Below are positions 1 through 8,847 of a DNA stretch of 19,670 bases, piece by piece. Positions within the stretch are counted from its first letter, which is position 1. Each line of letters starts with the position of its first letter. The stretch is from Candidatus Thalassarchaeaceae archaeon (GTDB lineage Archaea > Thermoplasmatota > Poseidoniia > Poseidoniales > Thalassarchaeaceae), in the NCBI GenBank assembly GCA_030747675.1, contig JASLKH010000094.1, positions 1 through 19,670 on the forward strand. The letters are read 5' to 3'. The notes under the pieces were generated by a model. The model was not told the DNA's origin. It worked only from the letters and a program-made list of their open reading frames with translations, and ran no database searches. Position numbers and translations under genes: made by a program.

Positions 1-2
1 CA

Positions 3-350
3 GATGATGCTTGTCCAAGTACTGACCGTGGTCAAGATGTAAATCAAGTTGGGTGTGCACCTAACCAACTCGATGACGATGGGGATAATGTATCTAATGC
101 TGATGATTTATGCCCAAATACAATAATTAATTCTGATGATATTGATTCAAATGGATGTGCCCCTTACCAACGAGATACTGATGAGGATGGTGTAAATGAT
201 GCGGATGATATTTGTCCAAATACTGCTTGGTTGGATGCTGTAAATGAAGAAGGGTGTTCGGCGAAACAGCGTGATACAGATGGTGATGGGCCAAAGGATG
301 CGGATGATTCTTGCCCACTAATTCCTGGATCAATTAGTGGTTGTCCTATC
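3..350 (+). repeat. About 3.5 tandem TSP3-like protein repeats of about 33-34 aa
   Basis: The unit DDxCPxT-x5-6-(V/I)xxxGCxxxQxDxDxD(G/N)(V/P)xxA recurs in the translation. Confidence 0.85.
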
Positions 351-1013
351 TTAACAATTGATGTCTTGCTGGAACAAGCCCCCTCAATTGATTCTCAAAT
401 CGCAAATATTTCAATTTCCATAACGTGTGAAAGTGCATGCCTGATGAATGTAACAGATGTTAGTGAAGTGAAATTACTGGATGGACCGATTTCTAATGTG
501 TCTAACTCTACTTACTACATCGAATATTCTGGCTATAACGAAACATTATTTTTTAATATTGAAGTTCGAATTACAGGTGGTGAAGGATTTGGATCCATGT
601 GGAAAGTAGATGAATTATATGTCGAATTCCCTGCCGCACTAATGGATTCAGAATCGTGGGGCGATGAGGGCGAAAATCCCTGTGATGAGAATTGTGGAGG
701 CGAGCAGGGTGATTCTCAATCTGCATCAAAGAATGATGATGATGGATTGAAATTAGACACTGGATCGATTGCAATGATTGCTATGCTTTTGTTGTTAAAC
801 ATTGGAGCGATTGCAGCTATTATGGGCGCACGTTCCCGTTCAAAAATAAAAAGTCATATGAGAGAGAAATCTATGCAAAGTTTTGAGCAACAATTGTTCC
901 AAGAATCTGTACCATCCAAGAACATTAAGAAATTTGATGATGATATTGTAGATTTTATACCTCCAAAAAAAGAGAATAATGAGTTGCCAAACATGGAAGA
1001 CTTGTTGGAGTGA
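3..1013 (+). CDS. Thrombospondin type-3 (Ca-binding) repeat membrane-anchored protein, 5'-truncated by the window edge
   Basis: The frame is open from base 3 (DDACPSTDRGQDVNQVGCAPNQLDDDGDNVSNADDLCPNT...QRDTDEDGVNDADDICPNT...QRDTDGDGPKDADDSCP), so the track's TTG start at 231 is internal. A TM segment (IAMIAMLLLLNIGAIAAIMGA) and a charged tail follow. Confidence 0.85.
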   Translation, partial: DDACPSTDRGQDVNQVGCAPNQLDDDGDNVSNADDLCPNTIINSDDIDSNGCAPYQRDTDEDGVNDADDICPNTAWLDAVNEEGCSAKQRDTDGDGPKDADDSCPLIPGSISGCPILTIDVLLEQAPSIDSQIANISISITCESACLMNVTDVSEVKLLDGPISNVSNSTYYIEYSGYNETLFFNIEVRITGGEGFGSMWKVDELYVEFPAALMDSESWGDEGENPCDENCGGEQGDSQSASKNDDDGLKLDTGSIAMIAMLLLLNIGAIAAIMGARSRSKIKSHMREKSMQSFEQQLFQESVPSKNIKKFDDDIVDFIPPKKENNELPNMEDLLE

Positions 1014-1045
1014 GTTGATAGAGTTAACACTCAATATTGAAAATA

Positions 1046-1337
1046 GGGATTAGGGAGTAAGCCCCTTTCTGTTCACCTTACGGTTGGTCGCATTCAACTA
1101 AGCATCCTACCCGGTCCTGTCGATGCCCTGCGGACCTGCTTGGACTTGCTCCAGTGGGGATGCTCGTTCCATCCGCGTTCAGGAAATCTCCCCCTTCCGG
1201 GTTCATCGTGCGCCTGACACGGTTCGTTTCTACTGCATTGCCGACCCTCCCGGGCCTCCGACTTGCGCCGGACCACTTGCATCATGGAGAGGGGACTTTC
1301 CTCAGTGTCGAGCACTGTCAGCGACCCTCCTAATCCC
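1046..1337 (-). ncRNA. rnpB: Archaeal type A RNase P RNA (about 292 nt)
   Basis: The reverse complement carries CR-I GAGGAAAGUCCCC, CR-II AAUGCAGUAGAAAC, CR-III AUGGAAC and CR-V GAACAGAAAGGGGCUUA. Helices: P1 GGGAUUAGG/CCUAAUCCC, P2 GGUCGC/GCGACC, P5 CUCC/GGAG, P6 GAUGC/GCAUC, P7 AGUGG/CCACU, P8 UCCGGC-GCAA-GUCGGA, P9 GGCCC-GGGA-GGGUC, P16 GGUCC/GGACC, P19 ACC-GUAA-GGU. Confidence 0.97.
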
Positions 1338-1360
1338 ATAACCTGAGATCGGTGCCCTCA

Positions 1361-1371
1361 ATTTGAAACCT
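1361..1371 (-). promoter_or_regulatory. Putative BRE/TATA-like element of rnpB (AGGTTTCAAAT)
   Basis: The core TTTCAAAT ends 23 nt before the first base of P1, which fits the archaeal TATA position. The same 10-mer sits at the same spacing upstream of the ATG at 6800. Confidence 0.6.
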
Positions 1372-1376
1372 GTGGC

Positions 1377-4300
1377 TCAAAGTGGGACCCAATTTCCAGC
1401 TTCATCATAATATCCACCCCATTTTTTAGCCTGTTCGTACCAAGCCATTTGCTCAGGTGTCATATTCGCCAAATCGATTGGAGCAGGAGGTCCGCTTGAA
1501 GTGGGCTCGGCTTGAGTTCCAGCCCTAACGAAAGATTCTGCGGCTTGCTCAAGTTCTGCTTGCTTGAGGTAACCATTATTATCAGCATCGAAATCCTTTG
1601 CATATAGCAAAAACCCGTTAACATCATGAATACCATGTTGCTTGATGACATGCTTTACAGTATCATCAGTATAATCCAGAGGGAACTCATGAGGGGCTGT
1701 GATTGTGGCTGGAATGACTATTTCGGGAGCTGGTGTTGGCTCAGGAGTATCCACATTACTCTCCTCAAAGTACTCATAGGAACTATCCTCATCCCACATA
1801 TCATCAGTCCCATGCAATGCAGATTCAGCACTACCACCACTTCTAATTGCAATCAATACCACTGAAGCCAATAATATCATCAATCCGATAAACAATATAG
1901 TCCAAACAATATTGACACCTTCGAAAATTGAGCCAAGGAATGAGGATTCCTCAGCACCGACAATATTGATAGTTGGTCCATTTACTGCAGTCCCATCCTC
2001 CAATGTTACAACAATCCATTGCCTACCCGTATCCTCTGGTTGCCAGTCAATATGATGCAAGGTGCGGCCTCCTGCACTCACAGATATTTCGATAGGGACT
2101 GCAGTTAATTCGCGATTGAGATTTTCATCGAGATGAATTTCTGTAAGACGGACCCTCGCTGTTCCGTCAACTTCCCCTTCATTTCGCACTGAAATTGTAA
2201 TCATGACATTTTCGCCGGCAGATACATCTCCTGAACGAGAATAAGTCACATCATCATCTAGGATGAAAACAGGTGCTCTTCTTTCAATAGGCCATGAGGC
2301 AAATGGATTTTCATCAATATTTGCTCCATTTGGAGTCTGCATATTGTTTCCAGCCATATCGGAACCGGTGACCCAAATGTGGAGGTATAGTTCATCAGAG
2401 TGATATTGCTCTGGTATTGATTCAACTAAATTGAGCGAGGTTGTTGCAATAATCGATTGCCCAGCAAGATTACCTCCTGAAACAACCATAGTTGATTCAC
2501 CAAATGCCAACGGAGTGGCACGAACATCTGAACCTCGAATTACTTTCCAATGTAGGAACAAATTCTCACTATTGATTTGTTCTAATTCCGAAATTATAAC
2601 CTCAATTTCGACAGCCCCTAAGGACTCAATGGGTAATTGTGAACTTGGGCGAGGAGATATGACCTCAATTGGTTCGGGGCCATCAGGATCTACTACTATC
2701 CAGCGAAGAGTTTCGCTAGAATCAGTTACATCATTCGCACCCGAAGGGATATTTGCAAGTTCGATTGTCAAGGGATAAGAACCCGCTAAAATGGGAGATT
2801 GTTGAGAGATTGACCAAGCACCGTTTACACTTTCCAAAATGCTCTCTTGGCCGTCAAGTAGCAATCTCAGATTGAAAGGAGAACTTGGAGTAGTTCCTGT
2901 CAATGGGAAATGAACCATCCCAGAAAGTGTTACAGGAGAATTTGGTGCGACCCACGCACCTTCATCAGAATAAGTACCTGAACCGATGGTTAGGGTAATC
3001 GATTCTGTATCAATGGCCAAATCTGGAGAATATCGCCATCGTAGTTGAGGTAAAGACAACCAGGCACCTTGACCACTTCGATCTGTGACTTCAACTGAGG
3101 GTTCCCATCGCATATCTCCTTCACTTGGTAATGTCCAATTCAATTGGAAATCCACAAAGAACTTCAACTCAGAATTGAAAGGAGTTAATTCGCCACTCCA
3201 TGCCTGTACCCCACAATTCGCAACTACCATGTGTTGTGATAGAACATGGCAATGACCATCGGAAGCAGACCATTCTATCGCCAACGTATCTGTAAGTGAA
3301 TTACTTGCCAATTGTAATCGAAGTTCGGCAATATCAGACCATCCATTTGGTTCAACAATATGGAGGGAAAATGAATAATCAACGCCTGGGTGTAGATAGG
3401 CAAGGCGGCCGTCAGGTGCACCTTCAAATCCACCTTCAGCCGGTAGTGAAGGAGGGCCATCAGGAAGAACTTGGTAAGTGAATAGTTGAGCATCTGATGT
3501 ATTCGCCCCGCCTTCTGTAACTTCATTACCAGCTGGATCAGCCCCCACCAAATATGCCGTTACAAGGTCACCGCTACTAGCGCCGGAGTCGTCCAATGTC
3601 ATCGTATAGTTCCCTCTTGCAAGTTCGAGGTTATTTGGAGCATTCAACGGCATCGCGATATACTCAGATGGTTCCATTAAGCCATTATTGTTGGAATCAT
3701 CAACCCATTCGCGCCAAACCATTAATTCCAGATGTGTTGGTAAAACAGGTCGATCATAAACCTCGACACTGATGAATTGTGACAAGGAAGAAGTTCTATG
3801 GTCATAACGAGCAATGTTTTGACCAACAACTTGTGGACTTAAAGAATCAACAGTGAAAGTGCGATTCATCACCATATCTGATGTGAAATCCTGCCCTGCG
3901 AGGGGTTCAACAATAATTGAATAATTCACATCACCTGTGCCCAATGGTGTGGATATTGAAAAAGATGCACGTCCTTTGTCAAGTGTAGTAGTATTCATCA
4001 ATTCAACATTATTTTCAAGAAGATGCACCTTGACATCACCACTGCGTGGGTTTTTCGAAGAATCTGAGAGATCTTCAAAACCTAATTGAGCTTCAATGAT
4101 GATTGGTGAATTTGATTTAAGATAGGACATAGATTGTGGAATTGCCAGCCCTAATCCATTGTACACATCCCAACCAAGCACATCCAAATCATTCTCAACA
4201 CCAAGATTGAGTCCCAATCCTGAACGCTCCAAGAGAGGAGGGGAGGGTGCGCCATCTTCCATATACAAAGATGCGCTGATTTTGAAACCACTAGAATCTT

Positions 4301-6800
4301 CCAATGATGCATTTGTTCTAAAGGGAAGGGTGACGTTTATGCCATTCGAATTATGCTCAAAAATAGCACCTCCTGACTCATCTTTGAAAATTAATGGTGA
4401 CTCTATCGAACTACTGGCACCCATCAACGAATTCAGCATTTCCACGGATGAACCATCAACTGGGAACCGGTATATTGTACGAATTTCATCTGTTTCTAAA
4501 TCAACAATTAAAGATTCAGCCACGCCTGAATCCCATGAATAGTGAGCATCAATCTCCATCCATTGCCATGAGGGAGTAACGGGTGTATTTGAACTGAAAT
4601 TTCGAATTTCATAGTTCTCAAGGGCTACATTGGAAGCAGTTACCAAATCAGTGATTGTCCCAAGTGCACTTCCAGCTGTGGATGAACGTAGGTGAATCGG
4701 AACGAGGCGATTTTGTGATTGTATTTGTGCATCCAGTAAACCTTGATTCATGGATAAAACAAAAGCAGAATCGCTGTTGAATGACAACTCTGCAATAGGG
4801 CTGTAAATTGCAGAGAGGCCCCCAACTCGGATTGAGCCGTAAGTCCCATCAATATCTACTGTTGCTATTGTATACTCTAAACCACCAACTGCTGCCCAAT
4901 TTGTAAGCGCTGTGGAAAGATTCTGATTGAAATCAAGTAATTCCGAGTTTGAAAGTTCGACAGTTTCAGATCCTGATGAAAATGTAACAGATTTGGACAT
5001 AATTGGTTGCCCGTTCAGAGAAAATGATACGGTTACAGGGTCAGTTGAAGAGTAAGGGGAAAGGACAACTGAAAGTTTATCTAAACCAGATTTGGGCAAC
5101 ATCACCCCTACCTGCTTAACTCCTGCAGCAGCCCAATTGAAATCAGCTGAAATGTCACCATTCGTGAACCTATCTTGCCAACCCCATGCAGAAATATGAG
5201 GGTGAGATGATTCCCATTCATTCCACCCATCCAAACCTATATCGAAAGCAGGGTTAGTCGGCAAATGCCCACCTATGATGTCGAATTCAACATCATTGAA
5301 CGTGCAAGAACCCGAATTACATGCCAACTTAACTTGAATTGTGCTGGATCTTTCAGTAAATGTATGTATTCCATTATTCGGGATTTGTTGCCAAGAACCC
5401 GAATCGAGAGATACACTCGTCGCCCAATTACCAGATCCAGAGGTAGATACACCCAGTTGGGTGATGGTTCTGTGTGAAGTGAAAATAGGAGATACAATCG
5501 AACCTGTACCTGAAATTGAATTACCATTCCAACTCATCGAATTGAGCGACCAAGACGATGTTGGATTTGCACTTGCGCTTCCACCTGCTGACTCCGGATT
5601 CGAATTGAAAGACGTTGAATAGCGGTGATTGAGATGGACTGCATGAACAATTGGAGTAGTTCCACCATTCCTAATATCAAGATTCAATTTAACCCGCAAA
5701 CTTGGGTGGCGCTCAGAATCAATTGAACCCAAATCCACCCAAGTTGTATCAAGGTTTGAGAAACCTGGAATTGGAGTTTTAGATACGCCATCCAATATTG
5801 AAAGCATCAGATTCGAACTATCTGGAATTGTAGCGTCAACAGATACAATTCCATATCGATGGCCTTCTGTGTGATAATTTCCTGAGACACCGGGGCCAAA
5901 ACGAGCACTGGTCCAGTTTGCTTGCTCCCCTCCTCCTGCGCCCTGAGATGGCGATATTTTGACGTCGTCAAGATTCCAGCCTGTGTAGGTGACTGAACTA
6001 TCAGTCGTACCTAGTCCAAATCTAACTTGCAAGGAGGGGTTATTTTGTACATGTTGACCGATGCTGTAGGTCACTTGTTGGTATGATGAATCAGAAACGG
6101 ATCCGACGTTTGAATACAATTGAATCCAATTTCCTTGTGGATTTTTAATCTGCACATATGCATGATCGTAATAATGATATTCAACACCTAGGCGCTTCCA
6201 GAAATTTAAGGTCCAACTACCGCTACAGCCAGAACAATCAACAGCCGGGCTTGTAGCCCAATAAGTGGTACTCATTCCATTTGGATAATTACCATTGTAA
6301 GTGTAAAGGGCCTTGGTACCTGAATGAACTCCATTTGTAGGCCCCAGACCTGAATCGTATCCCCATGCCCAACCACCTGCCGACTGTAAGGTCCAGCCAT
6401 GATTTGAATTTTCAAAGCCCCAAGACCATTCTTGTGGTAATAACTGCAAACCATCCGATTTGTTGACATCGATACGGTCCAATAGAGCGCCACTTGCGTT
6501 CCAATGAGATTCACCCGATAGGGAAATTGCATCATTGAATGCAAGTGCATCGGGTTGCAGGTTGAGATCGATTGATTCAACTGTGTGACCATTTGGAACT
6601 TCTGCTTTCAATGCTGATGAGGACCCATTGAGGCCATAGATTGGCATCGATGCATCCTGATTGATGCCAGTTTCAGATGACATGGTAATGCCCTCCAAAT
6701 CATCCTGAATTGGCGGCTGAGCCCCCATTATAGCCACCGAGGAAAGTAATATCAGGACCATGAACAGAGACTGCGATTTCGCCGGCGCCCCTGTCCGCAT
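1377..6800 (-). CDS. Giant (1807 aa) secreted single-pass membrane protein with a MAM/cleaved-adhesin-like domain, Ig/CARDB-like domains and a cytoplasmic EF-hand tail
   Basis: N-terminal signal-like segment (FMVLILLSSVAIMGA); MAM-like jelly roll (WGFENSNHGW...ATSPAVDC...LNFWKRL...DHAYVQI...LQVRF...GWNLDDVKI); CARDB-like segment (VSAGENVMITISVRNEGEVDG); TM helix (VWTILFIGLMILLASVVLIAI); EF-hand loop DADNNGYLKQAE. Confidence 0.85.
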   Translation of the reverse strand: MRTGAPAKSQSLFMVLILLSSVAIMGAQPPIQDDLEGITMSSETGINQDASMPIYGLNGSSSALKAEVPNGHTVESIDLNLQPDALAFNDAISLSGESHWNASGALLDRIDVNKSDGLQLLPQEWSWGFENSNHGWTLQSAGGWAWGYDSGLGPTNGVHSGTKALYTYNGNYPNGMSTTYWATSPAVDCSGCSGSWTLNFWKRLGVEYHYYDHAYVQIKNPQGNWIQLYSNVGSVSDSSYQQVTYSIGQHVQNNPSLQVRFGLGTTDSSVTYTGWNLDDVKISPSQGAGGGEQANWTSARFGPGVSGNYHTEGHRYGIVSVDATIPDSSNLMLSILDGVSKTPIPGFSNLDTTWVDLGSIDSERHPSLRVKLNLDIRNGGTTPIVHAVHLNHRYSTSFNSNPESAGGSASANPTSSWSLNSMSWNGNSISGTGSIVSPIFTSHRTITQLGVSTSGSGNWATSVSLDSGSWQQIPNNGIHTFTERSSTIQVKLACNSGSCTFNDVEFDIIGGHLPTNPAFDIGLDGWNEWESSHPHISAWGWQDRFTNGDISADFNWAAAGVKQVGVMLPKSGLDKLSVVLSPYSSTDPVTVSFSLNGQPIMSKSVTFSSGSETVELSNSELLDFNQNLSTALTNWAAVGGLEYTIATVDIDGTYGSIRVGGLSAIYSPIAELSFNSDSAFVLSMNQGLLDAQIQSQNRLVPIHLRSSTAGSALGTITDLVTASNVALENYEIRNFSSNTPVTPSWQWMEIDAHYSWDSGVAESLIVDLETDEIRTIYRFPVDGSSVEMLNSLMGASSSIESPLIFKDESGGAIFEHNSNGINVTLPFRTNASLEDSSGFKISASLYMEDGAPSPPLLERSGLGLNLGVENDLDVLGWDVYNGLGLAIPQSMSYLKSNSPIIIEAQLGFEDLSDSSKNPRSGDVKVHLLENNVELMNTTTLDKGRASFSISTPLGTGDVNYSIIVEPLAGQDFTSDMVMNRTFTVDSLSPQVVGQNIARYDHRTSSLSQFISVEVYDRPVLPTHLELMVWREWVDDSNNNGLMEPSEYIAMPLNAPNNLELARGNYTMTLDDSGASSGDLVTAYLVGADPAGNEVTEGGANTSDAQLFTYQVLPDGPPSLPAEGGFEGAPDGRLAYLHPGVDYSFSLHIVEPNGWSDIAELRLQLASNSLTDTLAIEWSASDGHCHVLSQHMVVANCGVQAWSGELTPFNSELKFFVDFQLNWTLPSEGDMRWEPSVEVTDRSGQGAWLSLPQLRWRYSPDLAIDTESITLTIGSGTYSDEGAWVAPNSPVTLSGMVHFPLTGTTPSSPFNLRLLLDGQESILESVNGAWSISQQSPILAGSYPLTIELANIPSGANDVTDSSETLRWIVVDPDGPEPIEVISPRPSSQLPIESLGAVEIEVIISELEQINSENLFLHWKVIRGSDVRATPLAFGESTMVVSGGNLAGQSIIATTSLNLVESIPEQYHSDELYLHIWVTGSDMAGNNMQTPNGANIDENPFASWPIERRAPVFILDDDVTYSRSGDVSAGENVMITISVRNEGEVDGTARVRLTEIHLDENLNRELTAVPIEISVSAGGRTLHHIDWQPEDTGRQWIVVTLEDGTAVNGPTINIVGAEESSFLGSIFEGVNIVWTILFIGLMILLASVVLIAIRSGGSAESALHGTDDMWDEDSSYEYFEESNVDTPEPTPAPEIVIPATITAPHEFPLDYTDDTVKHVIKQHGIHDVNGFLLYAKDFDADNNGYLKQAELEQAAESFVRAGTQAEPTSSGPPAPIDLANMTPEQMAWYEQAKKWGGYYDEAGNWVPL

Positions 6801-6823
6801 ACCCCTGTGACGTTAATGGAAGT

Positions 6824-6834
6824 GTTTGAAACCT
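6824..6834 (-). promoter_or_regulatory. Putative BRE/TATA-like element (AGGTTTCAAAC) of the 1807-aa gene, probably a leaderless transcript
   Basis: The core ends 23 nt before the ATG at 6800, there is no SD, and the 10-mer is identical to that of the rnpB element. Confidence 0.55.
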
Positions 6835-6910
6835 TTCCCGCCTCTACGAGGCGAATATCGAAATCTTTTGAGTGCGAAAGGATATGCCCCTATTCGGTTC
6901 AAGGCCATTT

Positions 6911-7630
6911 ATGGGCGACTTCAGTGACGAGGAAAAAGCTGCAATGAAAAAGGCCGCAGGAATTGCTGCATGTGAATTTGTGAAGAATGGGATGAAAGTT
7001 GGTCTCGGAACTGGATCTACTGTCAAATACACCATTCTGGAACTAGGTAGGAGAATCAGGGAAGAGGGGCTTAAGATACAGGGTATTCCTACATCAGAAC
7101 AGACCGAGATTATTTCTATAGAGCAAGGTATAGAACTAGTTAATTGGGCGGATTGCTCAGGTTTGGACATCGTGATTGATGGTGCCGACGAATTTGATTC
7201 AGAACTACATTTAATCAAAGGTGGAGGGGGTGCTTTGCTACGCGAAAAAATTGTGGCGGAATCCAGTGGTTCAATGGTCGTAGTTGCTGATGCAACTAAG
7301 AAAGTGCAAACTCTAGGTGACTTCCCACTACCTGTTGAGGTCAACCCCTATGGGTGGGAACAAACAATGCGTCGTTTACAAAATCTGTGCCCTGGAGAAG
7401 TTTTGGTGCGAAAAAATGCTGACGGAAGTACATTCCTTACCGACAATGGGAATCCGATTCTCGACGCCTGTTTCGGATCCACAATCGATAAACCTCGCGA
7501 AATGGAAGCGGTAATCAGAAGTATTGCAGGAGTTGTGGAAGTAGGACTTTTTGTGGATATAGCAGATGTTATTGTTCTTGCTGCGCAGAATGGTTGCGAA
7601 ATTATTCGTAAAGAAAATTCACGTATTTGA
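6911..7630 (+). CDS. rpiA: Ribose-5-phosphate isomerase A
   Basis: Motifs GLGTGSTV, DIVIDGADE, LIKGGGGALLREKIVA, PLPVEV, TDNGNPILD and GVVEVGLF. The start is uncertain (6872 GTG, 6884 ATG or 6911 ATG). Confidence 0.96.
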   Translation: MGDFSDEEKAAMKKAAGIAACEFVKNGMKVGLGTGSTVKYTILELGRRIREEGLKIQGIPTSEQTEIISIEQGIELVNWADCSGLDIVIDGADEFDSELHLIKGGGGALLREKIVAESSGSMVVVADATKKVQTLGDFPLPVEVNPYGWEQTMRRLQNLCPGEVLVRKNADGSTFLTDNGNPILDACFGSTIDKPREMEAVIRSIAGVVEVGLFVDIADVIVLAAQNGCEIIRKENSRI

Positions 7631-7679
7631 GATGAAGCGTATCCGTCAGACTCATAGATGGTTGTCCAGTCGCGAGGTC

Positions 7680-7753
7680 GGGCGCTTAGCTTAGCTAGGT
7701 AGAGCGACGGGCTCTTAACCCGTAGGCCAGGGGTTCGAACCCCCTAGCGCCCG
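7680..7753 (+). tRNA. tRNA-Lys(CTT), intronless, CCA not encoded
   Basis: Acceptor GGGCGCT/AGCGCCC with discriminator G; anticodon arm ACGGG-CT-CTT-AA-CCCGT; T arm AGGGG-TTCGAAC-CCCCT. Confidence 0.97.
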
Positions 7754-7777
7754 TACTGAATGAAGTACAGCATCGCT

Positions 7778-8731
7778 TCACGAGAGAGTAGTGCCAGCTT
7801 CGCCGCGTATGGCGGATAAGGCATCACCTGGCTGGCATAATATTACATCCATCAAAGGCTTCTGTTCCTTGGCATCAAGAAGAGCAGAAACTTTGGGGCC
7901 CATGCTCCCTTTTGGAAACTGATTTTGATTGAAGTATGCACGGAGGTCTTTAATTGATACACTTTGGAGTTTTTTCTCATCCTTTTTACCAAAATTAATC
8001 TTGATTGAATCAACTGCTGTGCTAATAATAAATAAGTCAACATCAAGAGATTGAGCCAATAGACTAGAAACAAGATCTTTGTCAATTACTGCTTCGACAC
8101 CGTGGAATCCTGTTTCATCAACAAGTACAGGAATCCCACCACCTCCGCAAGCAAGGACAATTGCTCCAGCCCCAGATAATGCTAATATTGCGTCTGTATC
8201 TAAAATCTCAATTGGGCGAGGTGATGGTACAACTCGGCGTAACCCTTTGCTAGTTTCAGCAACCGTCCAATGCGAAGGAGGGGGCCCTAAGATAATTGGG
8301 CCAATGGGTTTGGTCGGCATAGCAAATGCTGAATCTTCAGTATCTACTGCTACTCTTGTGAGTAAAGTTGCAACTTGTTCATGGCGTTTCCTTGCCGTCA
8401 ACAACCCATCTAACTTTGTTGCAATATCATGGCCAATTGTACCTTGTGTTGCAGCAACCCAGTAATCTAAACCCTCAGGTTCACCTCCAAAACTTTCCTC
8501 CAATAACAACATCTGGCCAACTTGAGGGCCATTTCCATGAGTCATGACAATAGAGTAACCGGCCTCAAGTAAATCAAAAATATCGCTTAGGACCAAATCA
8601 AGCGCACGATTAGGTTCGTTAGGGGAAATTGGATTAGACAAGGCATTTCCGCCAACTGCATAAAGACAAGTTCGATTTTTTTGGTTATGGCTGATGTTTA
8701 ATTCAGCACGGGAATCGGGAATAATATTCAT
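7778..8731 (-). CDS. arcC: Carbamate kinase (amino-acid kinase family)
   Basis: Motifs AVGGNAL, THGNGPQVG, TKPIGP, GLRRVVPSPRP, CGGGGIPV, EAVIDKD and KGSMGPKV. The ATG at 8731 (about 317 aa) fits family length better than the GTG at 8827. Confidence 0.92.
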   Translation of the reverse strand: MNIIPDSRAELNISHNQKNRTCLYAVGGNALSNPISPNEPNRALDLVLSDIFDLLEAGYSIVMTHGNGPQVGQMLLLEESFGGEPEGLDYWVAATQGTIGHDIATKLDGLLTARKRHEQVATLLTRVAVDTEDSAFAMPTKPIGPIILGPPPSHWTVAETSKGLRRVVPSPRPIEILDTDAILALSGAGAIVLACGGGGIPVLVDETGFHGVEAVIDKDLVSSLLAQSLDVDLFIISTAVDSIKINFGKKDEKKLQSVSIKDLRAYFNQNQFPKGSMGPKVSALLDAKEQKPLMDVILCQPGDALSAIRGEAGTTLS

Positions 8732-8847
8732 TATATTCGCCGCCCCATAATTGAGGCAGAATCGATTATGCAAATCAAAGTTCGCTGTATTATCGAAGAG
8801 CGCATTCAAATGTCCGAGGTACTTCACAAGAGCCGGAGCGCATCTAG

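Noticed and set aside
1031-1040. Palindrome TCAATATTGA between the convergent TSP3 gene and rnpB
   Set aside because: It is a short AT-rich palindrome that could be chance; it may aid termination but cannot be supported.
1094-1341. ORFs 1094..1339 (-) and 1123..1341 (+)
   Set aside because: They lie entirely over the RNase P RNA; the GC-rich structured RNA explains the lack of stops.
2431-6592. Alternative-frame and antisense ORFs within the 1807-aa gene (e.g. 2431..2778, 4159..4542, 5341..5622)
   Set aside because: They are shadow ORFs of a long coding frame with no recognisable motifs.
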